From: an uncultured Fidelibacterota bacterium
GTDB taxonomy: Bacteria > Fidelibacterota > Marinisomatia > Marinisomatales > UBA1611
Reading direction: 5' to 3'
DNA: 21,147 nucleotides
Assembly: GCA_913040915.1 (NCBI GenBank)
Contig: CAJWHW010000032.1
Location: 1 to 21,147 of the forward strand
In this document: one piece after another, positions 8,501 through 17,569 of the stretch
Position numbering within the stretch: position 1 is the first letter of the stretch
How the letters are laid out: each line of letters starts with the position of its first letter
Notes under the pieces: generated by a model
Told to the model about the DNA's origin: nothing
Databases searched by the model: none
The model's input: the letters and a program-made list of their open reading frames with translations, nothing else
Translations under genes and position numbers: made by a program

Positions 8501-9022
8501 TTAGGATTCAGACGATTTTGAATCCTTGAAACCAAGTATAACCTTGATCTGATGCTCGATCTCAACTTCCTCACCGGGTGAGTACCCCTGATGCCTCCAT
8601 TTGATACTACCATCTTTATCAACAAGTATAAGAGTTGGCATTATAAGACCGTTCAGCTTTTTAGCTATTTGCTGATTTGGATCCAACCCCACATAAAATT
8701 TATGATTTTGACTATTAATATAGGATTTTACTTTTCCTATACTTCTGGGTGTATCCTGATTGATCATAAGAACCTTAAATCCATTTTCAGAATATTTTTG
8801 ATGGTACCTGTCTAAATGCTTCATAACCTTTTTGCAAGGCTTACACCATGTTGCCCAAAAATCGATAAGTAGCGGACCATCTTGAAGAAGTTCATTGATT
8901 GAAGTCTTTTTTCCATTCAATAATTTAATTTTCAAATCAGGAACAGTGCGGCCTGCTACACCTTCATTAGCAATCAGCGTGCTAAAGAGAAAAATGAATA
9001 AAATGAGTGCGTTTTTTTTCAT
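8501..9022 (-). CDS. Exported TlpA/ResA-family thiol-disulfide oxidoreductase (WCKPC)
   Basis: DFWATWCKPC, cis-Pro loop IMPTLILVDKDG and WRHQGY. The start is moved from 9067 to ATG 9022 because MKKNALILFIFLFSTLIA is a clean signal peptide. Confidence 0.9.
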   Translation of the reverse strand: MKKNALILFIFLFSTLIANEGVAGRTVPDLKIKLLNGKKTSINELLQDGPLLIDFWATWCKPCKKVMKHLDRYHQKYSENGFKVLMINQDTPRSIGKVKSYINSQNHKFYVGLDPNQQIAKKLNGLIMPTLILVDKDGSIKWRHQGYSPGEEVEIEHQIKVILGFKDSKSSES

Positions 9023-9171
9023 GATTATAAATTTTCTATATAAGGGTAAATTGGTAATCAATATCAATTATCTAACGATATACTAGATGTTTTCACTCAA
9101 CTTTTAAAGTGCTAACATTAAAGAAAAATAATCTCTTTATTGTACTTCCAAAGTTATTAGATAATGTAAAA

Positions 9172-10494
9172 TCAGAGAAGCGGATCTAAAAATGACTTCA
9201 GTTCATTTTCATTAACAAATTTCAGACTGACATTGCTCAAAAATTCAACTTCATTTACGGGAATAATAAATTCATAAACAGCCTGAATTTCAACAGTCTC
9301 CATGGCAATTTGCATCGACCATCCCCCCACTGTGAAATCTATAAGCTGTGAAAATTGATGCTGAGGAACATAAAGTACTTTATCGCTCGTTCTGGTGTGC
9401 CAATATTTTTCCGGTGTATCCGCAACTACAATTAGAGTACTTCGGTTTTGGTCAAATATACGTATGACGGGAATAGTTCTAAATGAACCAGACTTGATCG
9501 ATTCAACATGCTTTTGCGGGAAATTGAATGAATTTCTGTCAAAATAAAAAATAGTTAGTGTCCCGTTTTGCTCTAATCCCGTATAAGGCAATGTGGATAA
9601 CATATCCTTGATAATTTTATCTTTTAATTTATAAACCACTGGAAACCGGACTGTCATATATAAATCATCATCTTCATGATATTCAAATTCTGGCCTTTGC
9701 AATTCTACGTCATAAGGGTTAGTAAGCAGTTGGTCCAATACAGAAGATAACAAAGTAGTGTTACCTGCATTTTCAGGGTTATCTTCAAGTTTACGATCTA
9801 CATCAAAATCCATGGTCCATTCACCAGAATCAAATCTGGGGACTTCTTTTTTAACCCGTTTACCTTTTTCTCTGACCCTAGCACCCAAAAGAATATCCAT
9901 GGATGCTTCCAATTCTGCTATCTGATTGTCTAGACTTGAAACAACTTTATCAGTTTCTAAAGATACAGGATGGCGTTTTTTCTCAATTTTTGGTGCTGTA
10001 AAGGCTGGATAAGGGGAAACTTTTATCTTAGGAGGCTCTGGGAAATAAGGTGCTATCATCTCCTGTGTTGCTGAACCTACGGCCTTATTCAGAGCAGGAA
10101 TCTGTGAATAAACTTCGGTAATATTTCTAATAGCCAATTCGTCCCAGGTAGCAACATCTACTACCTGAATGGATACATGGATTTTATCTAATTGCCGGTT
10201 GTATTTCCCTAAAACTAGCAGATTTCGAGAACCTCGGGGCTGTTGTAACATCAAGGCACGGTCATTCATAATAATTTCAAGGTCATCTTTACTTTTTAAA
10301 CGGACACCATAATTATTTTTTAATTCACGAGATACCATGTCTGTTAATCCAGCTGCTATCCATTCTACTGCTGGATCATTTTGAATGTTATCAAAAGGCA
10401 GTAAATACACATAGGTATAGGGGTCTCGTGCCGAGATAATAGAAAGAAATAGTGAAATCGTAAGGAATTTGCGCATCCGGTGGTTTGGTTTCAT
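9172..10494 (-). CDS. Exported hypothetical protein with an N-terminal TolB-N/FlgO/CsgG-like domain
   Basis: Signal peptide MRKFLTISLFLSIISA (alternative start 10476). LLPFDN...EWIAAGLTDMVSREL...LVLGKY...IHVSIQVVDVAT is typical of this fold. The C-terminal region is not recognised. Confidence 0.6.
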   Translation of the reverse strand: MKPNHRMRKFLTISLFLSIISARDPYTYVYLLPFDNIQNDPAVEWIAAGLTDMVSRELKNNYGVRLKSKDDLEIIMNDRALMLQQPRGSRNLLVLGKYNRQLDKIHVSIQVVDVATWDELAIRNITEVYSQIPALNKAVGSATQEMIAPYFPEPPKIKVSPYPAFTAPKIEKKRHPVSLETDKVVSSLDNQIAELEASMDILLGARVREKGKRVKKEVPRFDSGEWTMDFDVDRKLEDNPENAGNTTLLSSVLDQLLTNPYDVELQRPEFEYHEDDDLYMTVRFPVVYKLKDKIIKDMLSTLPYTGLEQNGTLTIFYFDRNSFNFPQKHVESIKSGSFRTIPVIRIFDQNRSTLIVVADTPEKYWHTRTSDKVLYVPQHQFSQLIDFTVGGWSMQIAMETVEIQAVYEFIIPVNEVEFLSNVSLKFVNENELKSFLDPLL

Positions 10495-10552
10495 GAACTC
10501 AAATTAGGGGAAAACATTGAATTAAACCAACTCAAAATCGGATCGAACTAAT

Positions 10553-12226
10553 CTACACATTTTTCATCATTTTAGCCCAAGAATCACGAAGTGATACAGC
10601 ACGATTTATAACAAGCTTTTGATCTGTCGAACTCTTGGTATCCTTTACAAAATAGCCATTTCGTTCAAATTGATAGGTTATATTTTTTGGATTTGCCAGA
10701 CTAGGCTCCAGTTTAGCTTCTGGCAGTATTTTACAGGAACTCGGATTCAGATTAGGAATGAATTCGCCATCTTCTTCTGGGTTTTCTTTTACAAAAAGAC
10801 GATCATAAAGCCTTACTTCTGCTTCAACGGCACGAGTGGCCGAGACCCAGTGAATAGTTCCTCTAACCTTCCTCCCATCAGGAGATGAACCACCTTTTGT
10901 TTCAGGGTCGTATGTACAATGGATTTCAACAATGTTCCCTGAGTCATCCTTAACAATATCAGTACAGGTAATATAATAAGCATATCGAAGGCGTACTTCT
11001 CTACCAGGGCCTAATCGAAAAAATTTCCTGGGTGGATCTTCCATGAAATCAGATTGCTCAATATACAGTTCCTTTGAAAAGGGGATTTCTCTTATACCCG
11101 CATCTGGATCTTCTGGATTATTGATTGCTTCAAGCATTTCAGTTTTATTTTCAGGGTAATTTTTAATCACGACTTTCAACGGATCCAATACACCCATAAC
11201 TCGTGGCGCCCGCTTATTCAAATCTTCCCTGAGCGCATTTTCTAATCTTGTAACATCAATGATTGAATCCCTTTTTGTTACCCCCACATCTTCAGCAAAA
11301 TTTCGAATGGATTCTGGTGTGTATCCCCGTCGGCGCAAACCTGAAATAGTTGGCATTCTCGGATCGTCCCAGCCATCAACATAATTGTCATCTACCAGTT
11401 GTTTCAATTTTCGTTTGCTCATGACTGTAAAACTCAGATTAAGGCGAGCAAACTCAATTTGCTGAGGATGATATGTATCCAACTGATTTAAATACCAGTC
11501 ATATAACAGACGATGATCTTCAAACTCAAGCGTGCAAACAGAGTGAGTAATTCTTTCGATGGAATCTTCCAATCCATGGGCCCAATCATACATTGGATAG
11601 ATGCACCATTTATCTCCAGTTCTGTGGTGGCTAGCATGTAGTATTCTATACATAACGGGGTCCCGCATATTCAAATTAGGATGGGCCATATCAATCTTAG
11701 CACGAAGTACTTTTTCACCGTTTTCAAATTCACCATTTTTCATCCGGGTAAACAAATCGATGTTTTCATCAATGGATCGAGTACGGAAAGGACTTTCTTC
11801 CCCCGGTTCTGTTAGCGAGCCTCGGGTATTTCTTATTTCATCTCCCGATAATTCACAGACATAAGCCATTCCTTCTTTGACGAGTTGCATTGCAAAACTA
11901 TAAAATTGATCAAAATAATCGGATGCATAGAACAATCTTTCTTCCCAGTCAAAGCCCAGCCATTTCACATCTTCAATGATGGATTTGACATATTCTTTTT
12001 CTTCTTTCACCGGATTCGTATCATCAAATCTCAGGTTACACTTCCCCCTGTTTTTTTCCGCTATACCGAAGTTAAGACAGATGGATTTTGCATGGCCGAT
12101 ATGGAGATAGCCATTAGGCTCTGGCGGGAAACGGGTATGAACACGCCCGTCCCATTTTCCAGACACATTATCATCATCAATAATTTTTTGGATAAAATTT
12201 ATCGGTTCTTTTTGGATATCAATCAT
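10553..12226 (-). CDS. glnS: Glutamine--tRNA ligase
   Basis: [49 protein letters not shown] and QFERNGYF motifs; 557 aa. Confidence 0.98.
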   Translation of the reverse strand: MIDIQKEPINFIQKIIDDDNVSGKWDGRVHTRFPPEPNGYLHIGHAKSICLNFGIAEKNRGKCNLRFDDTNPVKEEKEYVKSIIEDVKWLGFDWEERLFYASDYFDQFYSFAMQLVKEGMAYVCELSGDEIRNTRGSLTEPGEESPFRTRSIDENIDLFTRMKNGEFENGEKVLRAKIDMAHPNLNMRDPVMYRILHASHHRTGDKWCIYPMYDWAHGLEDSIERITHSVCTLEFEDHRLLYDWYLNQLDTYHPQQIEFARLNLSFTVMSKRKLKQLVDDNYVDGWDDPRMPTISGLRRRGYTPESIRNFAEDVGVTKRDSIIDVTRLENALREDLNKRAPRVMGVLDPLKVVIKNYPENKTEMLEAINNPEDPDAGIREIPFSKELYIEQSDFMEDPPRKFFRLGPGREVRLRYAYYITCTDIVKDDSGNIVEIHCTYDPETKGGSSPDGRKVRGTIHWVSATRAVEAEVRLYDRLFVKENPEEDGEFIPNLNPSSCKILPEAKLEPSLANPKNITYQFERNGYFVKDTKSSTDQKLVINRAVSLRDSWAKMMKNV

Positions 12227-12228
12227 AA

Positions 12229-13629
12229 TTAATATTGATCTAGTGCTTTATTTAATCTTTTTAAAACAGTCTCTTTTCCCAACAATCCCATCATAGCAAA
12301 AAGTGACGGGCCACTAATAGTTCCAGAAATAGAAAACCGGATTGGCTTCATTACTTTTCCAAAACCCAGACTATTGTTTTCTATAAATGATTTCAATACT
12401 ATTTCTAACTGTTCTTCATTCCAGGTGTCTAATTCTTCAAGAATATTTTTAACAGAAGTAATGATTTTACCTGTATCATCTTTCCAGATTGTTAACAATT
12501 CATTTTCATTAAAATTAATAGGATCATGAAAAAAAGAGTTAGCCTGATCCATGAGCTCCTTTAAAGATTTAGATCTGATTTTCAATAGCTCAATAACTTC
12601 CATACAAAAAGAATCTGATTCCGTATTTCCCCAATCAAAGTTGATATTATGAATTCCTGCTAAAATTTCTTCATTTCGCTGGTTCATCATATGCTGTCCA
12701 GAGATCCAATTTAACTTTTTCTCATCAAAAACAGCACTCTTCTTATGTACTTTAGTTAAATCAAATTTATCAATGATTTGGTCCAAACTCATAACTTCTT
12801 CTTCCGTACCTGGATTCCAGCCAAGTAAAGATAAGTAGTTTAGTAAAGCATCCGACTGATATCCTTCATCCCGATAGGTCTGAACACCGGTCGCACCATG
12901 CCGTTTGCTCAGAAGTTTTTTGTCCTTTCCTAAAATCATTGGTAAATGTGCAAATTCAGGGACATTCCAATCAAGGGCCTCATAAATCAAGATTTGTTTT
13001 GGTGTATTTGAAATATGGTCTTCACCACGGATAATATGAGTAATACCCATTTCATGATCATCAACGACATTGGTTAAATTATACACAGGACTTCCATCAG
13101 AACGAGCGATAATAAAATCATCCAATTCAGTATATGCTACAGTGATTTTCCCATAAACAGTATCGATAAAAGAAGTTTCTTTTCCTTCAGGAATTTTTAA
13201 TCGGATTGTAAAAGGTGTACCTCTATCTAATTCAGGTTTTATTTCATGTTCTGATCTATCTCTCCAAATGCCTGGATAGGAATAAGACCCGGTATCTTCA
13301 CGGATTTTCTCCAGCTCTTCAGGGGTTGCAAAACACTGGTAAGCATTTCCTGACTTAAGTAGCTTTGTAATGCAGCTTTGGTAAGCATCAATTCGTCTGG
13401 ATTGATAAACTAAATCTTCGTCCCAATTCAACCCTAGCCATACCATTGACTCACAAATCTGATCAATAAATTCCTGTTTAGACCTCTCAATGTCTGTGTC
13501 TTCAATTCGAATTAAAAATTGACCAGAATTCTTTCTGGCAAATAGGTAATTGAATAAAGCAGTTCGTGCACCACCAACATGAAGTTGTCCTGTGGGACTA
13601 GGGGCAAATCTGACACGCGGTTTCATCAA
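12229..13629 (-). CDS. gltX: Glutamate--tRNA ligase
   Basis: [35 protein letters not shown] and LSKRHGA motifs, with a C-terminal anticodon-binding domain. Confidence 0.97.
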   Translation of the reverse strand: MMKPRVRFAPSPTGQLHVGGARTALFNYLFARKNSGQFLIRIEDTDIERSKQEFIDQICESMVWLGLNWDEDLVYQSRRIDAYQSCITKLLKSGNAYQCFATPEELEKIREDTGSYSYPGIWRDRSEHEIKPELDRGTPFTIRLKIPEGKETSFIDTVYGKITVAYTELDDFIIARSDGSPVYNLTNVVDDHEMGITHIIRGEDHISNTPKQILIYEALDWNVPEFAHLPMILGKDKKLLSKRHGATGVQTYRDEGYQSDALLNYLSLLGWNPGTEEEVMSLDQIIDKFDLTKVHKKSAVFDEKKLNWISGQHMMNQRNEEILAGIHNINFDWGNTESDSFCMEVIELLKIRSKSLKELMDQANSFFHDPINFNENELLTIWKDDTGKIITSVKNILEELDTWNEEQLEIVLKSFIENNSLGFGKVMKPIRFSISGTISGPSLFAMMGLLGKETVLKRLNKALDQY

Positions 13630-13717
13630 TGTAATTTTTTAATTCTTTAGTATAATGATATTTGAAATTACTGGATGTTGCCAAGTCAAAAAAGCGCAAG
13701 AATTATCTTAAAAACAT

Positions 13718-13746
13718 AAAACCCTACTAATTATGGGGTTGGTTTT
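13718..13746. terminator. Weak hairpin after the MaoC gene
   Basis: AACCCTA-CTAATTA-TGGGGTT, an imperfect stem flanked by A and T runs. Confidence 0.45.
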
Positions 13747-13779
13747 TAATTTGAGTATAATAAAATATAGTAGAGTAAT

Positions 13780-14451
13780 TTAATAGTAGACTCTTATCAC
13801 AGTTTCAGCAATACAACCAAATCGTTTTCTTCCCTCTACTTCAATACTGACTTCATTAACTAATTCTACACAATTTTTTAATGGTGTAATATTAATTATT
13901 TTAACTCTTCCTCTTATTCTTGAACCCGATTTTACAGGGAATGGAAACCTCACTTGATTTAAACCATAGTTAACAACCATTTTTACATCCGGGTGAATAT
14001 CATTGAAATTTAACTCTGCTGTTAATTTTGGAATGAGTGCTAAGGTTAAAAAACCATGTGCAATCGTAGTTTTAAAAGGCGAATCAATTTTTGCTTTTTC
14101 CGGATTCGTATGAATCCACTGCCTGTCTCCTGTTATATCTGCAAATCCATTAATACAACTCTGGTCAATTTTTTCCCATTCACCAACATAAATTTCCTTA
14201 CCCAAAATATTATTAATTTTCTCATATACCTGTTTAATTGTAGGATTAGGTATAGATTGTTTTTGGCTAAAGAAATATGAGCTATCAATAGACTTTATAT
14301 TTGAGATCCAAGGATTATTCAAAGTGTTCTTAATGCTCAGGTTTATCTTTTGCGATAAAGATTTCAATCTAGGCTCAAGCATAAGACGATATTGTTCTGT
14401 ATTATCCTTAAAGTCGGCTCTTTTTTCTCTTATAAACTCAAATACATCCAT
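13780..14451 (-). CDS. MaoC/NodN-like hotdog-fold dehydratase with an N-terminal extension
   Basis: Hydratase-2 motif FADITGDRQWIH, plus TIAHGFLTLAL, VNYGLNQVRFPFPV and CIAETV. Confidence 0.9.
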   Translation of the reverse strand: MDVFEFIREKRADFKDNTEQYRLMLEPRLKSLSQKINLSIKNTLNNPWISNIKSIDSSYFFSQKQSIPNPTIKQVYEKINNILGKEIYVGEWEKIDQSCINGFADITGDRQWIHTNPEKAKIDSPFKTTIAHGFLTLALIPKLTAELNFNDIHPDVKMVVNYGLNQVRFPFPVKSGSRIRGRVKIINITPLKNCVELVNEVSIEVEGRKRFGCIAETVIRVYY

Positions 14452-14519
14452 TGTTGAAATAAATAATTACACCAAATTATCAAAAAATTTATTTATTCTA
14501 ATTAACATATACCATAAAC

Positions 14520-14542
14520 AAAAACCCTACAAATGTGGGGTG
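14520..14542 (-). terminator. Terminator-like hairpin downstream of the tRNA-Ser pair
   Basis: Minus strand reads ACCCCAC-ATTT-GTAGGGT followed by a T-rich tail; the stem has one mismatch. Confidence 0.55.
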
Positions 14543-14557
14543 TGATATAATCTATTG

Positions 14558-14646
14558 CGGAGGGGGAGGGATTCGAACCCCCGAAGGGCGTAAACCCTTG
14601 CTGGTTTTCAAGACCAGTGCATTCAGCCAGACTCTGCCACCCCTCC
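14558..14646 (-). tRNA. tRNA-Ser(TGA); CCA not encoded
   Basis: GGAGGGG acceptor stem, CTGGT-CT-TGA-AA-ACCAG anticodon arm, long variable arm, GGTTCGAATCC and a G discriminator. Confidence 0.96.
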
Positions 14647-14669
14647 GGATGACTTATATTTTATAGTAG

Positions 14670-14756
14670 CGGAGAGAGAGGGATTCGAACCCCCGATACG
14701 CGTAAACGTATACACGCTTTCCAAGCGTGCGCCTTCAGCCACTCGGCCACCTCTCC
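14670..14756 (-). tRNA. tRNA-Ser(GGA); CCA not encoded
   Basis: GGAGAGGTGGCCGAGTGG...CACGC-TT-GGA-AA-GCGTG, long variable arm, GGTTCGAATCC and a G discriminator. Confidence 0.96.
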
Positions 14757-14766
14757 TAAAATAAAA

Positions 14767-15177
14767 TTATTCCTCTTCATCGGTTGCAGATTCATCATCT
14801 GCTTTAGGTATCTCATTTTCAGAAGCTGCATTTTCAATTTCTTCGACTGCCTTGTTTTCTTGTTGCTCATCAGCGACAACTTCTTTTGAAGGTGCATCAT
14901 CAGCTTTCACTGCTGTATTTTCTACATCTTGCTCTTCTACCGGTTCTTGTCCTGAAACAAATTCAGACAAATCAATATCAGCAAGATTAGCAATTTCATC
15001 CATACGTTTTAAGGCAGCATCCAATTGCTCACCTTTATTTGTTCGTATCATTTGCTCATTAAAGCGCCACTGCCCTGTTTTATCAGACTTGACACTTTTT
15101 ACGTATTTTACATAAACTGCATCTTTATCTTTGTTTCCGACAGCCTTATCCGCAAAGCTTTTTTGTTTTTTAGCCAT
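14767..15177 (-). CDS. Small protein with a basic DUF4295/bL38-like N-terminal domain and a long acidic low-complexity tail
   Basis: MAKK start and [21 protein letters not shown] resemble the DUF4295 core (K..KMVKSPKTGAYTF.E, recalled). AGGAG Shine-Dalgarno at 15191..15187, 9 nt before the ATG. The tail is D/E/A-rich. Confidence 0.65.
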   Translation of the reverse strand: MAKKQKSFADKAVGNKDKDAVYVKYVKSVKSDKTGQWRFNEQMIRTNKGEQLDAALKRMDEIANLADIDLSEFVSGQEPVEEQDVENTAVKADDAPSKEVVADEQQENKAVEEIENAASENEIPKADDESATDEEE

Positions 15178-15207
15178 TTTTTAAATCTCCTGGGAAATAA
15201 GCCGGCA

Positions 15208-15236
15208 AATTTATCAACCAATTATTTGAATCCCAA
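15208..15236 (-). promoter_or_regulatory. Putative sigma70 promoter for the bL38-like gene and tRNA-Ser pair
   Basis: TTGGGA (15236..15231), 17-nt spacer, TAAATT (15213..15208), with an extended -10 TGn. Confidence 0.55.
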
Positions 15237-15255
15237 TGAATAAGACTCGACTATA

Positions 15256-16299
15256 CTATTGATCTTTCACCTGCTCTTTTTCCATCATTTTTGCAGTTGC
15301 TAACTTTCGCATATCTACCACGTGGTCATACTCGTCTACAATCTCTACCCCCAATAACGTTTCTATTGCATCTTCAAGGGTAATTAGTCCAGTTGTCGTA
15401 CCAAATTCATCTGTTACCATAAAAATTTGTTGTCTTCTTTTCACAAATTGATCTAGAACATCAGATACAGACTCTTTTTCTTTTACAGTGTGGATTGGTT
15501 TAATAAAATCCTTTAGTTTAACATGAAATTGATCTTCGGCCTGTTTATTCACTAAAGTATAGCGGCTAACAAAACCAATGATATGATCCAGATCTTTTTC
15601 ATAAAGTGGGATCCTTGAAAATGCAATAGGTGAATGTTTTTCTACCACTTCACCCACTGTACTGTCTCTTTCTAGAGCAAAAACTACTGATCTGGGAGTC
15701 ATCACTTCCTCAACGGGTATATCATCGAGTTTTATCAAATTTTCTATGATATCTCCTTCTTGTTCATCAATGGAGCCTTCATCTTCACTGATCTCTGCCA
15801 TGGCTAATAATTCTTCCCTGGAAGCTTTTGTCTCTATTCCATTTTCACCACGATGAATTAATCCAGACATAGATTCAGATAATAATACAAATGGATAGGC
15901 AATAACCATAAGAATCCTAATAGTAAGCGCAGTAAATGAAGCTAATGATTTGCTGTAAACTGCACCAATAGTTTTGGGGATAATTTCAGAGAAAATCAAG
16001 ATTGACAATGTTAATATACCGGAAGCAACTGCGACCCATTCATTGCCATAGATTATCATGGTTTGCGCACCAACTCCTGCAGCACCAACCGTGTTTGCAA
16101 TGGTATTAATAGTGAGGATCGCTGCCAATGGTCTATTAATATTGTCCTTCAGCTCAACCATGATTCGACCCGTCTTTTTTCCTTCCTTTTCCATAACAGA
16201 AACATGGGCAATGGAAACACTAAGTAAAACAGATTCTAAGAGAGAACAGAGGAACGACACAAGTAATGCCGCTAAAAAATAAGTTATCAGTGCTGTCAT
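15256..16299 (-). CDS. CNNM (DUF21) plus CBS-pair protein (CorB/HlyC 'hemolysin' family; Mg2+/Co2+ transport related)
   Basis: SFLCSLLESVLLS, ILTINTIANTVG, FSEIIPKT, VMTPR, FSRIPLY and DEFGTTTGLITLEDAIETLLGVEIVDEYD. No C-terminal CorC_HlyC domain. Confidence 0.92.
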   Translation of the reverse strand: MTALITYFLAALLVSFLCSLLESVLLSVSIAHVSVMEKEGKKTGRIMVELKDNINRPLAAILTINTIANTVGAAGVGAQTMIIYGNEWVAVASGILTLSILIFSEIIPKTIGAVYSKSLASFTALTIRILMVIAYPFVLLSESMSGLIHRGENGIETKASREELLAMAEISEDEGSIDEQEGDIIENLIKLDDIPVEEVMTPRSVVFALERDSTVGEVVEKHSPIAFSRIPLYEKDLDHIIGFVSRYTLVNKQAEDQFHVKLKDFIKPIHTVKEKESVSDVLDQFVKRRQQIFMVTDEFGTTTGLITLEDAIETLLGVEIVDEYDHVVDMRKLATAKMMEKEQVKDQ

Positions 16300-16308
16300 T
16301 AACGATTG

Positions 16309-16336
16309 AATTTATGAAAGAAAAGGGATATGTCGA
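16309..16336 (-). promoter_or_regulatory. Putative sigma70 promoter with a very short leader for the CNNM gene
   Basis: TCGACA (16336..16331), 16-nt spacer, TAAATT (16314..16309). The ATG lies 9 nt further on. Confidence 0.45.
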
Positions 16337-16342
16337 GGTATT

Positions 16343-17569
16343 TCAGGTGCGTACCCAGCGAATAATTTCATTTAAGGTAATTTTTTTCCCATAAAGTAAT
16401 ATGGCAGTTCTGAAAATCTTACCCGAAAGTTTTAATAATACCCAGCAGGAAAAAATCATTAAAATTGTTGCATAAATGATTTCATGTTGTTCAACTGTTC
16501 CAGTGCCAATTCGGATGATCATCATAAAGGGAGTGAGTGGTGGTATATAGCTTGCACCAATAGTGAATGCCGACCCAGGGTTTGTTATGAAATATGAGGC
16601 AAAAATTATAGGTAATATTGCCACAATACTTATAATACCACTTGATTGCTGTGCTTCCTGCTCTGATGTGAAAAATGTACCCATAGATGAGAATATTGCT
16701 GCATAAAACAAATAACCGGTGACAAAAAATATTAGAAAAAAAGGAATTTGTGAAAATTCTATGGTGGCCAAAGATTTATACTCTGTTACTGATAACCCAA
16801 TTATTAGATAAATACACATTTGAACCAAACCCAACGCACCCAAGCCCAAAATCTTCCCACGCATTAATTGATCAGGGGTAACAGAAGATAAAAGGATTTC
16901 AATAGTTCGATTTGTTCTCTCTTCCATAACAGAACGTAAAAGTAACTGCCCACTCATAAATACAGTCATGAATAAAATCATTAAGAAAAGGTACGGAACT
17001 AAAAAGCTGGATAATTCATCCCCTTCAGAAGCTTCACCGCTTTCATCTAATTCAAAAGTTTCAAATGTAATTCGTCTGCTAAGCTGACCAACTAACGATG
17101 CATCTATATTTTGTTTAACCATCCGCTGCTCAATTACAACCTGATTTAAAACTCGGTTCAGAGAAGTGTATAATTTGATATTACTTAATGAAAGACTGTA
17201 ATAATTAACCTGACCTGTATCTATCACATTTTCTGGAATAAACATATAGCTATCAATTCCTTTTGATAAAACGCTGTCCAACGCTTCCTGTTCTACCTCA
17301 AACCTAGAAAATAAAAACTGTGGACCGCCACTTTGGAGTCTGTGCATTGCTTCAGCATTCACTTTAAATCGTTCAACCAAAGATTCATTATCTTTTGAGT
17401 AAACTAATCCAATTTTAGAAACATCTTCTGGTTCTAGATCCATGAGAATTGATGGGAGATACATCATACCGCCCATAAAAAAAGGAAGTGCAAATGTGGT
17501 GATCAAAAACAACTTCGATTTCACTCGATTCATAAACTCCCATTTGACAATTTTCCAAATTTGATTCAT
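16343..17569 (-). CDS. ABC-2 type exporter permease (NatB/YhaP-like)
   Basis: N-terminal TM helix, large extracytoplasmic loop, SVMEERTNRTIEILLSSV...LMRGKILG and several C-terminal TM helices. Its start overlaps the ATPase stop (ATGA). Confidence 0.92.
   Translation of the reverse strand: MNQIWKIVKWEFMNRVKSKLFLITTFALPFFMGGMMYLPSILMDLEPEDVSKIGLVYSKDNESLVERFKVNAEAMHRLQSGGPQFLFSRFEVEQEALDSVLSKGIDSYMFIPENVIDTGQVNYYSLSLSNIKLYTSLNRVLNQVVIEQRMVKQNIDASLVGQLSRRITFETFELDESGEASEGDELSSFLVPYLFLMILFMTVFMSGQLLLRSVMEERTNRTIEILLSSVTPDQLMRGKILGLGALGLVQMCIYLIIGLSVTEYKSLATIEFSQIPFFLIFFVTGYLFYAAIFSSMGTFFTSEQEAQQSSGIISIVAILPIIFASYFITNPGSAFTIGASYIPPLTPFMMIIRIGTGTVEQHEIIYATILMIFSCWVLLKLSGKIFRTAILLYGKKITLNEIIRWVRT

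Noticed and set aside
9023..9067. Longer TTG-started N-terminus for TlpA
   Set aside because: ATG 9022 gives a canonical signal peptide, and the extra 15 codons look like AT-rich intergenic sequence.
14558..14646. Possible tRNA-Sec (selC), given the long variable arm and the nearby selenoprotein
   Set aside because: The anticodon is UGA, which reads Ser UCA, not UCA. The acceptor stem is the standard 7 bp. No sel genes are present in the window.
14661..14900. 79-aa minus-strand ORF
   Set aside because: It is a shadow of the acidic-tail gene and of tRNA-Ser(GGA).
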